A stretch of 62,945 nucleotides of DNA, filler included, from Octopus bimaculoides (lineage: Eukaryota): the NCBI RefSeq assembly GCF_001194135.2. It is 8 parts of 8 records of this genome, joined end to end, with 100 filler letters (N's around TTAATTAATTAA, not from the genome) between each part and the next. Parts side by side here need not be neighbours in the genome. Positions count along the whole stretch, not along the records: positions 20,936 to 30,592 come from NC_069008.1; positions 30,693 to 43,374 come from NC_068985.1; 6 more parts are not named here. The stretch is one strand, 5' to 3'. The position numbers were made by a program, and so were the translations under genes. How positions within the stretch are numbered: position 1 is the stretch's first letter; every line of letters starts with the position of its first letter. The notes beneath the pieces are model-generated. The model saw nothing but the letters and a program-made list of their open reading frames with translations, did no database searches and was not told the DNA's origin. Shown here in pieces: positions 23,530 through 35,710 of the stretch.

Positions 23530-23683
23530 TGTGCACTGGTGGCCTTATGGTAAGAAACTTGCTTACTTCCCAACCACATGGTTTCGGGTTCAGTCTCCGT
23601 GGTATCCTGAGCATGTGTCTTAATCTCGGACCGACCAAGCCTTCTGAGTGGATTTGGTAGACGGAAACTCAAAGCTCGTCGTA

Positions 23684-23715
<32 letters not shown>

Positions 23716-23912
23716 TGTGTGTGTTTGTGTGTGCGCGCGCGCGCGTATTTTTTTCCACCCCACCGCTTGTGACTAGTGCCGGTGTGTTTAGGTCCCCGTA
23801 AATAAGTGGGTCGGCAAACTAAGTTAATAAGTACTGGGGTTGAATCATTCGGCCAAAAATCGTTCAACGTGGTGCCCCAGCATGGCCGTTGTATAATGAC
23901 TGAAAGAAGTAA
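23530..23912 (+). mobile_element. SINE family A, full length, diverged
   Basis: Head, (TG)n/(CG)n linker and tail. Confidence 0.82.
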
Positions 23913-24002
23913 AAAAAAACAAAGAAAAAAGATGTGTGTGTGTATATATATACTGATATGTATGCATGTCCGTATACACGTACTCACTTATTTAGATACA
24001 AG

Positions 24003-24037
24003 TCTATCTATCTATCTATCTATCTATCTATCATCTG

Positions 24038-24081
<44 letters not shown>
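24003..24081. repeat. (TCTA)n microsatellite
   Basis: Direct inspection. Confidence 0.95.
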
Positions 24082-24082
<1 letters not shown>

Positions 24083-24339
24083 TTGTCTGTGTGTCTGCCT
24101 ATCTATCTATTCATCTATATGTAATGTTTGTATGTGTGTATGTATAATATGTGTGTGTGTATATGTGTGTATGTACATACGTGTATGTACTTATATATGT
24201 ATGTGCATGTACATGTATATTTCAAGATGTCTTGCCAATAGAGAAAGAGTCGGTTTCTAACCTAAATCCAAGGTTCCTTCATTGGAATTTCAACATCAAC
24301 AGGTTGATTTTTGTATGTATGTATGTATGTATACGTGCA

Positions 24340-25318
24340 GATTTATATGTTTTGTTTCATGTCTGTCTTCTCATGCATATACTTGCATATCACATGTTCA
24401 TATATACTTTAATAATAAACTTCTGGAAAGTTTTACAGATTTTCAGTTCCAGCGATGGATTCTCTGTTCTCGTTTTGAGAAGCCTAATCTCTCCTTTTTA
24501 TTATAAGTGATTATGGCTTCAACGATACTTTGGGTTCTTATTTCTTTGTCCTCGGGTTTATCTTTCCGACGAATTTCCTTATATAGTGCCATAGCAACAT
24601 CATGTCTCATTGGTAGGTAATACAGTGATGACATTTTCAGACAACTGCTTATGATGTGGGTGATATCTTCGGTGTTAACTCCAAAAAGTCTGCATCGGTT
24701 GTCACATTTTACTGCTTTTCCTGCATCTCTATCCTTTTTGTGCATCAGGTATTTAGTTGATATTTCCTGTCCCTGGATTGCAAACGCATATCTTTCAAAG
24801 TGGGTAGTCCATAATAGACTTCTTTGAGGATTAATGTTACTATCATCTCGGAGTTTTCTACTAACACCCGGAAGACAAGGAACGCTGCTCAAAGAGCTGC
24901 CTTCCAAGTCTTATGATCTTATCAGCCTCATGTATGTAAACTTGGTCAAAGGATGCACTTCAACACTTGGTGATTAAAAGATGTTCCCGAACATTCAAAA
25001 GGGTTTTAGGTTAATGTTAAGTCTCTGCCACCTTCTTTTTGTTTTACGTAGAGGCGGTCTACGTCACTGTTTATGTGGAAATTATGTGTGTTTGTTAGGA
25101 TTTTCCGGGTTTTCACGTTAATGGCTCGGATCTCTTCAAGCGTCCAATGAAGCAACCCAAATATTGGTATGCGTACTGGCACTGCAAACACATTGTGGGC
25201 CATTTTTTTATTGAATGCAGACAGTTCTGGGATCGACGTTTTCTCTATTCGGCTGTAATATTCTATAGTGACAGGTGTTTCGTTACAGATGCCATTGTAA
25301 GCTATGTTTTCATATCTT
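24340..25318 (-). mobile_element. Decayed R4/Dong-like non-LTR retrotransposon (thumb region, CCHC knuckle, 3' end)
   Basis: NVFAVPV...FGLLHWTLEEIRAINVKTRKIL...SDVDRLYVKQKEGGRDL; then FAIQGQEI, CRLFGVNTEDITHIISSC (decayed CxxC..H..C) and RHD. Confidence 0.85.
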
Positions 25319-25319
25319 C

Positions 25320-25749
25320 ATACTCTTTTACTCTCTTTACTCTTTTACTTGTTTCAGTCATTTGACTGCGGCCATGCTGGAGCACCGCCTTTAGTCGAGC
25401 AAATCGATCCCAGGACTTATTCTTTGTAAGCCTAGTACTTATTCTATCTCTATCGTTTTTTTTTGCCCAACCNNNNNNNNNNNNNNNNNNNNNNNNNNNN
25501 NNNNNNNNNNNNNNNNNNNNNNNNNNNNNNNNNNNNNNNNNNNNNNNNNNNNNNNNNNNNNNNNNNNNNNNNNNNNNNNNNNNNNNNNNNNNNNNNNNNN
25601 NNNNNNNNNNNNNNNNNNNNNNNNNNNNNNNNNNNNNNNNNNNNNNNNNNNNNNNNNNNNNNNNNNNNNNNNNNNNNNNNNNNNNNNNNNNNNNNNNNNN
25701 NNNNNNNNNNNNNNNNNNNNNNNNNNNNNNNNNNNNNNNNNNNNNNNNN

Positions 25750-25788
<39 letters not shown>

Positions 25789-25974
25789 TACATATACATA
25801 TACATATATACGACGGGCTTCTTTTCAGTTTCCGTCTACCAAATCCACTCACAAGGCTTTGGTCGGCCCGAGGCTTTCGAAGACACTTGCCCAAGGTGCC
25901 ACGCAGCGGGACTGAACCCGGATCCATGTGGTTGGTAAGCAAGCTACTTACCACACAGCCACTCCTGCGCCTAT
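25320..25974 (-). mobile_element. SINE family A, full length, young, N gap within
   Basis: Tail at 25320-25472, gap, (CA)n, then head at 25810-25974 close to the family consensus. Confidence 0.9.
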
Positions 25975-27524
25975 TTTGATATATGTTTATACATATATTT
26001 TTATATATCTATGTTTATATACGTATGTTTCATACATATATGTTTATATATGTATGTACAGATTTATGTATATGCATATGTGTCTATGTATTAAACATTT
26101 CAGTTGGTTTTTCCTATTTAATAGGAATTAGGCCAAAAGTACATGTGAGTCTGTGTGTGTATGTTTGCGCGTGTATGCCTATGAATTAAAGTTCAGTTGG
26201 GTTTTTTGCATTTAACCGGAATTCGGCCAACCCGAAAAAACTATTGGCTGGAATCCATTAAATGTCCTTTTGTATAGAAATGAAGAGAGAGACAGGAAGC
26301 TGCTGGTGACGTTGGAGATAGAAAGAAAGAGTATAGAAGTAAATGGATGGAGAGAAGTAAATTGATGGAGAGATATTTAGACAGTCGCTAATAATTTGAG
26401 ATTGTTACATTCTATATAAACTGGTTAACGTACACACATACATGCATACACACTACAACATAACCACACACCACAATATACACACATACATATAATCAAA
26501 CATACACACAGTGTAACACCTACTTATAAGGTAATGTCCGCTTCTTCTTGCCTTCTTTTAAATATTGTATCAACAGTTGCAAAGTCATATTTATTGCCGT
26601 TATTTCAACGAACTGAGATTGCATGAAATTTGTGAGACGTAGAGGTCAGACTGAAACTGAAATTAAAACCCAATCGTTGATTCTGGTAAATATTTTTTAA
26701 AAATTATTTTAATTAACAGACAATTTAGTAACATATTTACATCGTTAAGATATCCTTATAGCTATTACAAGCGTAAATACAATATTACATTAAATTTTGT
26801 TATATTTTCACGTTGTATTTTATAGATTACAAACGGTTGAAGCATTTTGTAGTGTTACATTTCATTTGCAAGATGTTGTATTCATTACAGTTTTACGATA
26901 ACAATATAAAAACTATTTGATGGATGAAAGGAATGAAAATGCTTCTCTAATGTTTCAGTATTTTAGGGATTTTATAATGGATTTCTAATTCTAAAGTGAA
27001 ATATATAATGTGTAAATCAATTTTACGGCTGTAAAATTAATTGCTTATAAACTTCAATTTTTAAGGCTTAGTCAAATAGATAGGATCCCTGCGTAGGACC
27101 CTTTATTTTTTCCAGATTGTCCGAGGCTGGTAGATGTGATGATTATATTCCGAAAACAAGAGACCTAACATGAATGCATACAGCAGTGTGAAATGCTCTG
27201 CTAAAGGATCTCGAAGGGTGGACAGTGGTAAAATCTGCCACCTCAGTTGGCCGCGGTTGGATATGAATTCAGATCGTAAATAATAGAACAAATAATGCAA
27301 GGCCTCGAGTCCAATATTTAATGATTTCTTTAGATTGGCATGTTATTTATCGACCCTGATGAATTAAAAGCAAAACTGCTCTTGCTGAGATTTGTACGCG
27401 GAACTCATGACACCCAGAATAAAAACCGCAAGTTATTTTGTTTGCCAATAGAGCTTTTCCTTTTTTCAAACAACGAAATTCTTTAAACTGACCTTTTTGA
27501 ATTTCATCATTAGACTTTGAATAA

Positions 27525-27970
27525 AGGCGGTGAGCTGGCAGAACGTAAAAACGGGCAAATAAATGCTTAGCGACATTTCGTCCATGTTTATGTTGTAACT
27601 TCAAATTCTGCTGAGGTCGACTTTGCTTTTCATCCTTTCGGAGGTCAATAAAATAAGTACCCGGTGGATACCGGGGTCGATGTAATCGATTCAACCCCTC
27701 ACCTGAAATTGCTTGCCTTGTGTTAAAATTTGGAACCAATATCGAAATCTGAATAAATGCGGCGAGTTGGCAGAACTTTAGCCGAGCAAAACACTTAGTG
27801 GCATTTCGTCAATCTTTACGTTCCAAGTTCAAATTCTACTGGAGCGGATTTTGCGTTTCATCCTTTCGGTGTCGATAAAATTGGACCCAACTGAGCCCTG
27901 GAGTCGATGTAATCGACTTATACCGCCGTCACAAAAATGGCTGGCTTTGTGCCAAAATGAGAGACCAATA
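27525..27970 (+). mobile_element. Two tandem SINE family B copies (about 27525-27740 and 27758-27970)
   Basis: GGCGGTGAGCTGGCAGAA... and GCGGCGAGTTGGCAGAA..., each with the TTTCATCCTTTCGG.GTC.ATAAA core and GGCCTTGTG-like tail. Confidence 0.85.
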
Positions 27971-28443
27971 TTAAACTTTGAGTATAAGTGTAACTGTGTG
28001 GTTATTTAATTTGTACATAGAATATCCCGAAGGAAAGAAGAATTGTTTAAATAGACAATTTATGATGACATATATTTTTCTCTTACCAAATCAGTATCCT
28101 AAGTTGACATTTTAATGTCGACTGTGTATGGATACTTGAAATGTTTTTAAACAAGTAAAAATTGTCACCATCCAAATTTCTTTAATGTCTTCATAAATTG
28201 TATTTTTATATTGTAACACTTAAACATCCTATTAAGTTTAAACAAATTTTATTTCCAGGATGAATTGTTGATTACATTTGAGATATTGTATTTGAAACAA
28301 TAACACTGTCTAAAAAAGTATTTTTGTTTTGTCTTTGGTCAGTAAGTGTGCTTCTATAGAGAAATCAATTGAAATTACTACTATTCCCTGCTAACGTATG
28401 TATATGTATATATGTATATATATGTAATATATAGTATATAGTG

Positions 28444-28501
<58 letters not shown>

Positions 28502-28525
28502 CATATAATATATAGTATATGGTAT

Positions 28526-29357
28526 GTCATACCGGCCATGACGAAGGGAAATAGCCCTGAAACTCGAGTCGCCTTTATTATATATATATTTATATTTATA
28601 TATTTATATATTTGATCCTTTATATTGAACACTCAATATTTCATCTACATTCAATACTTTCTTTCATGGTGCCATCCATTTTTATTTTATTTTATTTTAT
28701 ATTGTATATTGTATATCATATTATATATTGTATATTCCATATTCTATACCCCACATTAGTTCTGCAGGAATATAAATAAAACATAAAAAACAGACAGTGT
28801 TGGAACTCTTTTAAGCAAAATAATATATTCCTCTATACACAATCATACAAAAAACCCCACATTTTTTGTATTTATTTTTAGTCGCATATATATATATATN
28901 NNNNNNNNNNNNNNNNNNNNNNNNNNNNNNNNNNNNNNNNNNNNNNNNNNNNNNNNNNNNNNNNNNNNNNNNNNNNNNNNNNNNNNNNNNNNNNNNNNNN
29001 NNNNNNNNNNNNNNNNNNNNNNNNNNNNNNNNNNNNNNNNNNNNNNNNNNNNNNNNNNNNNNNNNNNNNNNNTGCTTAAAAGAGTTCCAACACTGTCTGT
29101 TTTTTATGTTTTATTTATATTCCTGCAGAACTAATGTGGGGTATAGAATATGGAATATACAATATATAATATAATATACAATATACAATATAAAATAAAA
29201 TAAAATAAAAATGGATGGCACCATGAAAGAAAGTATTGAATGTAGATGAAATATTGAGTGTTCAGTATAAAGGATCAAATATATAAATATATAAATATAA
29301 ATATATAAAGGCGACTCGAGTTTCAGGGCTATTTCCCTTCGTCATGGCCGGTATGAC
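28526..29357. repeat. Inverted repeat, ~290-bp arms (28526-28817 and 29073-29357), convergent, around an N gap
   Basis: Arms are near-identical reverse complements but differ at several positions (for example TATTGAAC/TACTGAAC and microsatellite length). Confidence 0.88.
28534..28573 (+). ncRNA. Minimal hammerhead-like motif (family H3); second copy on minus strand at about 29310-29349
   Basis: GGC-C(A)UGACGA-AGGG aaauag CCCU-GAAA-CUCGAG-UC-GCC. Helix III palindrome is ACUCGAGU and the triplet is GUC. The core deviates from consensus by one extra A (CAUGACGA). Confidence 0.55.
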
Positions 29358-29394
29358 AGACTTTAACATATATATGTACATCTTATCTACACAT

Positions 29395-29480
29395 CCCACT
29401 GATGCAATGCTGAGACAAGTCACTAGAGCTGTCTGTATACAGGAATACAAACCCACCCTCAACCTTAAATCCGAATGAGG
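29395..29480 (+). mobile_element. Extreme C-terminus of a Penelope-like ORF
   Basis: Translates LRQVTRAVCIQEYKPTLNLKSE*, resembling the E-A-x-x-I-x-x-x-K-P-x-L-N end of PLE GIY-YIG domains. Abuts the inverted hammerhead arm. Confidence 0.5.
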
Positions 29481-29754
29481 TGACACCCAGATTCCACTCG
29501 GGAGTACCCATCTATAATCACCCCTTTCTCATTTACATGTAGAAACCCATACATACATGTTGAGATGCATGATACTGAAATATATATATGTAGTTATATA
29601 TAATCGTATGAGTGTACATAGTTTAATATGTATGTACGTATGTGTAGATGTATGTGTATTTTAGCGTGCGTGTGTATGTGTGTGCACGTGTGTATGTGTT
29701 GTGTGAGTATATGTGTGTGTATAAGCACGTATAAGTATGTGCGTAGATATGTGT

Positions 29755-29797
<43 letters not shown>

Positions 29798-30203
29798 AAT
29801 TTATATAAACAATGATAAGATCGTTATTCAAAATACCGATCATATCAAGGGGCCAGCATGGGAATAAAAACCTCAGAGGTAATAATTATCATTAAAATTA
29901 TAATTATATATAATTATATATATATGTATGTATGCACATATATATATGAATATGTCTATGTATAATAAAATAGAAGACAAAATTTTGAATTTGACAGTTG
30001 TCTGAGAAAATAGTTTTGTTTATATGTGTAGATGGATAAGCGTATATATGTGTATACATTAAAGTTATATATGTAAGTGTGTATACGTGTTTATATGAGT
30101 ATGTGTGTTTGTACATATGTGTAGGTAGGTTTATATTTGCATGTATGTAACTAAGACATTATATCCATTCACCGTTAGACGGTGGTCACACACACACACA
30201 CAC

Positions 30204-30242
<39 letters not shown>

Positions 30243-30322
30243 ACTTTCAAGAGAGTGAGAGTCATATGTACAGCTTGAACAGACACACATATCAGTACAT
30301 AAACATACGTTCACATGCACGT

Positions 30323-30366
<44 letters not shown>

Positions 30367-30409
30367 CTACACTCTTACATACTTAAATACTCACTTACAT
30401 ACATAAGTA

Positions 30410-30472
30410 CGTACGTACATACATACATACATACATACATACATACATACATACATACATACATACATACAT
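30410..30472. repeat. (TACA)n microsatellite
   Basis: Direct inspection. Confidence 0.95.
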
Positions 30473-30592
30473 ACGTACGTAGTACATACTTACGTACGCT
30501 GTGGTGGTATGCTGCCCTAACAACCAGAGCAATAGCAGCAGCAGTTCACCCGACAACATCGGTTGAGACAGCAGCAACAGCGACACATTAAG

Positions 30593-30692
30593 NNNNNNNN
30601 NNNNNNNNNNNNNNNNNNNNNNNNNNNNNNNNNNNNTTAATTAATTAANNNNNNNNNNNNNNNNNNNNNNNNNNNNNNNNNNNNNNNNNNNN
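30593..30692. other. Artificial scaffolding linker
   Basis: 44 N + TTAATTAATTAA (30637-30648) + 44 N. Confidence 0.95.
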
Positions 30693-30741
30693 TATATATA
30701 TATGTATATAATATGTGTGTGTGTGTGTGTATATATACATA

Positions 30742-31124
30742 TTCTTTTACTCTTTTACTTCTTTCAGTCATTTGACTGTGGCCATATTGGAGCAGCGCTT
30801 TAGTCGTTTAAATCGACCCATTGACATCTTCTGTGTAAGCCTAGTACTTATTTTATCGGTCTATTTTAACGAACATCTAAGTTATGGCGACGTAAACGCA
30901 CACAAACATGTGCACATATACACACACATATGCACACGCACACACAAAAACACACACATACTTATATATACTCGACGTCTTCTTTCAGTTTCCATCTAGC
31001 AAATCCGCTCACAAGGTCCATGGCTATAGTATAAAACACTTGCCCAAGGTGCAACGCAGTGGGACAGAACCCAGAACTGTTGTTGTTAAGCCAGCTACTT
31101 GACATGTAGGCACTCCTACGCCTA
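30742..31124 (-). mobile_element. SINE family A, full length, diverged
   Basis: Tail, (CA)-rich linker and head. Confidence 0.82.
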
Positions 31125-32610
31125 TATACATACATATATAATATATATATATACATATATATATATATATGTGTATNNNNNNNNNNNNNNNNNNNNNNNN
31201 NNNNNNNNNNNNNNNNNNNNNNNNNNNNNNNNNNNNNNNNNNNNNNNNNNNNNNNNNNNNNNNNNNNNNNNNNNNNNNNNNNNNNNNNNNNNNNNNNNNN
31301 NNNNNNNNNNNNNNNNNNNNNNNNNNNNNNNNNNNNNNNNNNNNNNNNNNNNNNNNNNNNNNNNNNNNNNNNNNNNNNNNNNNNNNNNNNNNNNNNNNAT
31401 ATATATATATATATATATATATACATACATACATAAGTGTTTGTGCGTTCCACCACCGGCTTACAATATGTGTTGGTGTTTTACGTACCAGTGATGTAAT
31501 GGTTCGGTCAAAGTGACTTAAAAATTAAGCTTACAATCAAGCATGGATCGCAGTCTACTGACTGAGGCAATAAAAGATAAGATTTCAAAGTTGTTTTATA
31601 TAAATGAAAACTGTCTTAAGGAATATTCAAGACGTCATTTCTCCCAAAGTGGATAAGAGTTGAACGAGGGACAAACTTATCATACAGGAATATCTTCAGG
31701 GACAAACACAAGCCTTTTAAATCATGGAACATTTTATAAATGTGATGATACCATTTCCCCATGCTAATTTTCAGGAATATTTTTACTTTTGAAACTGACT
31801 AAATAGAAGCGAAAAGTTAATTCTTTATTAATTACGTATATTGCATGACAATTTACGATTTGGGATTTGGCATTGGCTAATTACGGTAGGTAGTATCTTG
31901 ATTTAGTTATCAAAACATAACTGAAAGAGGGTCAATTTAACTGCACACATGTCATTTGTGTTGCAATTAATTACTGCCCTACTATTAATTATATACTCAT
32001 TTATTTCAACAGCGAGTTATCCGCTAATTCCTCAGCTGATCTGCGTCGATACATGTCTTCAAGAATATAGTGTTCTATTTTTGAACTTATTTTTATGATT
32101 GAGTGTAGATTGAGCTGCAATTTCTATTAGTTCGGAATTAGCTGATATTGAAACAGACCTCAATAGCAATGCGTAGATTTGATTGTTTACGTGCAACATT
32201 AGAAGTGACCAACATTTCAAGTCATAAAACTTTTTGATTGATTAGATTTTATTGTAGAGATAGAAAATCTTGATGCATTCCATTATTTCATTGAAACAGA
32301 ATTTGTTTTAAATTAAACACAGAATCTTCCATGCTATTTGAATAAATCTAAAATGGCTATCAATATTTAATGGGAGGAAAATGCGGTAATGTTAGTTCTA
32401 CTTTATCTTTTCATTTCTATATGTTATCTTTTCTTTCATTACACTGCGGTCATGGTGAGGTACCCCCTAATAGAAGTCTAGCCGAATGAATTCACGTTAC
32501 TATTTATTTTAAGCAAGGTACTTCATCTATCAATTTATTTAGTCGAACAGCAAAGGTACGGGCCGTAAATAAACCAACACCTGTTTTCAAGCGCTGATGC
32601 GTGTAAATAC

Positions 32611-32647
<37 letters not shown>

Positions 32648-32809
32648 TTATGCGTGTGTGTGTCTGCGTGTGTGTGTGCGCGTGTGTTTGTATTTATACC
32701 ATAATTTATGGAAAAATCACATGCCCACGGTGCCACACAGGTTTAGGCTGGGAAGCGATCACCTCACCGCCACGCTTGCGCTTGTATGTGTATTAATTAG
32801 CGCTTGAAT

Positions 32810-33050
32810 GGAGCATTTGATCTTCAAATTGTGTCCCGTGGTCGTGATAAAGGCGATGTGTTGAACGTTTATGTTGTGAAATATGTGAAAGTTTTCGGAT
32901 ATCGCATGATAATGAGTTGAATAATCAGGCTAAATAAAAGTAGTGAATTGCGCTTGGACCGTCGCTTTCTTCAAACTGCAGGCCTACTTTGAGCAACAGA
33001 AGCAGACCGAGCCCTTCTAAGACAACTCACTTGTTTTAACCGATTCTTGG
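32810..33050 (-). mobile_element. Highly decayed CR1/L2-type RT C-terminal fragment
   Basis: Across frames: LLKVGLQ, RKRRSKRNSLLLFSLI and TTGHNLKI, compared with the typical LGL.SLE.RR...DL...YKI...TRGH.LKL. Confidence 0.5.
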
Positions 33051-34067
33051 GTTCTACTCTGATAACGCCAAAAATCTTGAATATTATAATATATTAAAAT
33101 TATTATCACACAAGCATTGCCATTTTGCTAGAAAATAATTCATATAATAATAATAATATTAAATGAGCTCAGAGCAGTTTTGTTCCAGCTGAGTAATAAC
33201 ATGAATTGAGATATAAGCACAATATGGAGGGAAGATTAGAAACATCTACAACTTTCTAAATGAAGCATAGTTATTGCAGCTGTCATTTGGAACGTCTTTA
33301 ATAGAATATAAAATGACAGGAAGTAGGTTTATTAATAGAAGCGTTTTTTTGAGTATCTTCTAAATACATAATTTCCTTACTTTTGCATGCACTATCATAA
33401 ATCCAATATATATTAACCTAATAATAGCTATAAATGAAATAATGATTCAAGTGAAATTAGAAAATTCGATAAGCAGTGAGGTATTTCAGTTGAAGATTCT
33501 CTTCTCTATCTAATAAACCTTCGTTTCAGCTGCAACATTCCTTCCAAATCTGGTTAGTCTTAAAGTTAAGTAAATGATACCAGCACGTTTAGGCTTCCAG
33601 AGAAAATATAAAAGTATTTTCGAATGCATTATAGTGACGAAGAAAAGAATGTGTTTTATTTTCTTAAAGCAAAACATAAATGATTGTTAAAGACCAATAA
33701 AAAGGGATATGTTTCTTCTAGTAGTCTGGAAAACTAGAAATAATGAGACGAAATGTGACAACATATGCCAAAGTATTTTAACATGAAATCTGAAAATGTT
33801 TTTAAAAAAACGCTAAGTTAGAGTGTGGAACATTTTATAACGGTGTGACAAAATATCTTCCGTTTCAAAAAAGTAATGCTGAAGGCGAAATTTTCATCTG
33901 CTAATCGGCAGTCTGTTATATACTACAAGTATATAACCAGACACTGCAAATGAAAAATATATTTACATGCACATATTGCAGACGTGTGTGTGTGTGAGTG
34001 TGAGTGTTTGACAGTGTGAGTTTATGTGTGTATGTGTGTGTTTGTGTGTGTGCGTGTGTGTGTGTGT

Positions 34068-34233
34068 GCATAGGCGCAGGCGTGGATGTATGGTAAAAAG
34101 CTGGCTATCCGATCATATGCTTCTGGGTTCAGTTCCTCTGCGTGGTACCTTGGGCAAGCGTTTGTGCTATAGCTTCGGGTCGACCAAAGCCTTATGAGTG
34201 GATTCGGTAGAGGGAAACTGAAAGAAACCCGTC

Positions 34234-34235
<2 letters not shown>
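34068..34235 (+). mobile_element. SINE family A, head half
   Basis: ATAGGCGCAGGCGTGG...GGGTTCAGTTCC...CCTTGGGCAAG...GAAACTGAAAGAAACCCGTCG. Confidence 0.85.
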
Positions 34236-34271
<36 letters not shown>

Positions 34272-34497
34272 NNNNNNNNNNNNNNNNNNNNNNNNNNNNN
34301 NNNNNNNNNNNNNNNNNNNNNNNNNNNNNNNNNNNNNNNNNNNNNNNNNNNNNNNNNNNNNNNNNNNNNNNNNNNNNNNNNNNNNNNNNNNNNNNNNNNN
34401 NNNNNNNNNNNNNNNNNNNNNNNNNNNNNNNNNNNNNNNNNNNNNNNNNNNGTGTGTGTGTGTGTAAATGTGTGTGCTTGCGTGCGTGCGTGTGTGC

Positions 34498-34532
<35 letters not shown>

Positions 34533-35164
34533 ATGTGCTTTTGTGCGTTCTTATGTCTCTGGTTCATGCGTATTTATACGTGCCTGTGTGTGCATGTCCG
34601 ATCATGGATGTACAAAGATGCGAAACGGATTTGCAGATATCTACGTGTATATTTGTATGAGCTACTCGTGTTCTGCTTTTCTGATCCTATCCTGTCCCCT
34701 CCACATATCTTCCTACGCCAACTCTTACAAACTCACGTACTCACCAATCTACTGCACATCCAGCAAGTATCTACCTCACTCCCTACCTGCTTAGCTGCTT
34801 AGCCTCACGGACGCATCGATGTATGAATAATGCGTGGGTGGTAACAGTGTCGTTGATGTACCTTATCCACCTACTCCTTTTATTGCTCATTCAGTAAAGA
34901 TAATGTGTTGCGTAAATAAAAGAGTGCAATACTGAATAAAAGAGTGAAATGATGGGGTACCTACCCCTTTTCTTTCCCTTGTGATATGAGACTCCTTATG
35001 TGAAATTCTGCTAAAATGCGAATTGAAATTTCCCTTTTGGAGAAAATAAAGTAGTAGAATATTTTATTGACTCGCAGAAAAGAGGGAGATTATTTGAAGA
35101 AATTACGAACTTAAGATCTTATAATGAATTGACACCGTAACTAGAATCTTGCTTCTCACAATAT

Positions 35165-35585
35165 AGAAACATTTCTTATGGCACCAGTAGGTAAGATGGA
35201 AAAAGCGCTGCCCCGGAGGATAGCGACAATGATGCGTTGGAACAGCCATCCACACTCACGGTGCTCGCACTTGCAGTAAGTCATATCCGCCCCTGAATAG
35301 CGTTGAGCAGGAATATGGTTCGGGGCCCAAGGAACGAAAAATATGTCATACAATCTGGCCTTTTAATGTCCCCACAGTTATGACCAGCAGGCTCGTACTA
35401 GAAAGGGAAGCCTTCAGCGTCCTGGTCATGGTTTATGATCTTAAATGCAGCATGGCGTGGAAGGCGGCCAGCACAATGACAGCATGAGAGTAGGTGGAAG
35501 CCCAACATTCCACAGTGGATCTGTATTAGCATTCACGAGGTTCACAGATTTGGACTTCAAACATCTGGGAAACGCCGATGCGCCG
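35165..35585 (-). mobile_element. Decayed CRE-clade-like non-LTR retrotransposon, C-terminal knuckle/RLE region
   Basis: Across frames: ICEPREC, FHLLSCCHCAGRLPRHAA, GFPF*YEPAG, FFVP and GWLFQRIIVAILRGSAFSIL, compared with the CRE-type H.LSC...AGR..RH.A, EP.GL and LFQR.S.A.QRGNA.S.LG. Confidence 0.7.
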
Positions 35586-35589
35586 AGCT

Positions 35590-35710
35590 CAACTTTGCCT
35601 TACATCTTTCGGGGTCGATAAATTAAATACCAGCTGCGTACGGAGGTTGATCTAATCGAGTGGACTCTCTCCCCCAAATTTCTGGCCTTGTGCCTAGAGT
35701 AGAAAATAAT
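35590..35710 (+). mobile_element. SINE family B, 3' part
   Basis: CTTTGCCTTACATCTTTCGGGGTCGATAAATTAAATACCAG...GGCCTTGTGCCTAGAGTAGAAAA. Confidence 0.8.

Noticed and set aside
34630-34810. Third Penelope RT fragment
   Set aside because: There is only faint resemblance (FL.LS...YKLTYS) to the FLD.S...YKPTDS region, too weak to call.
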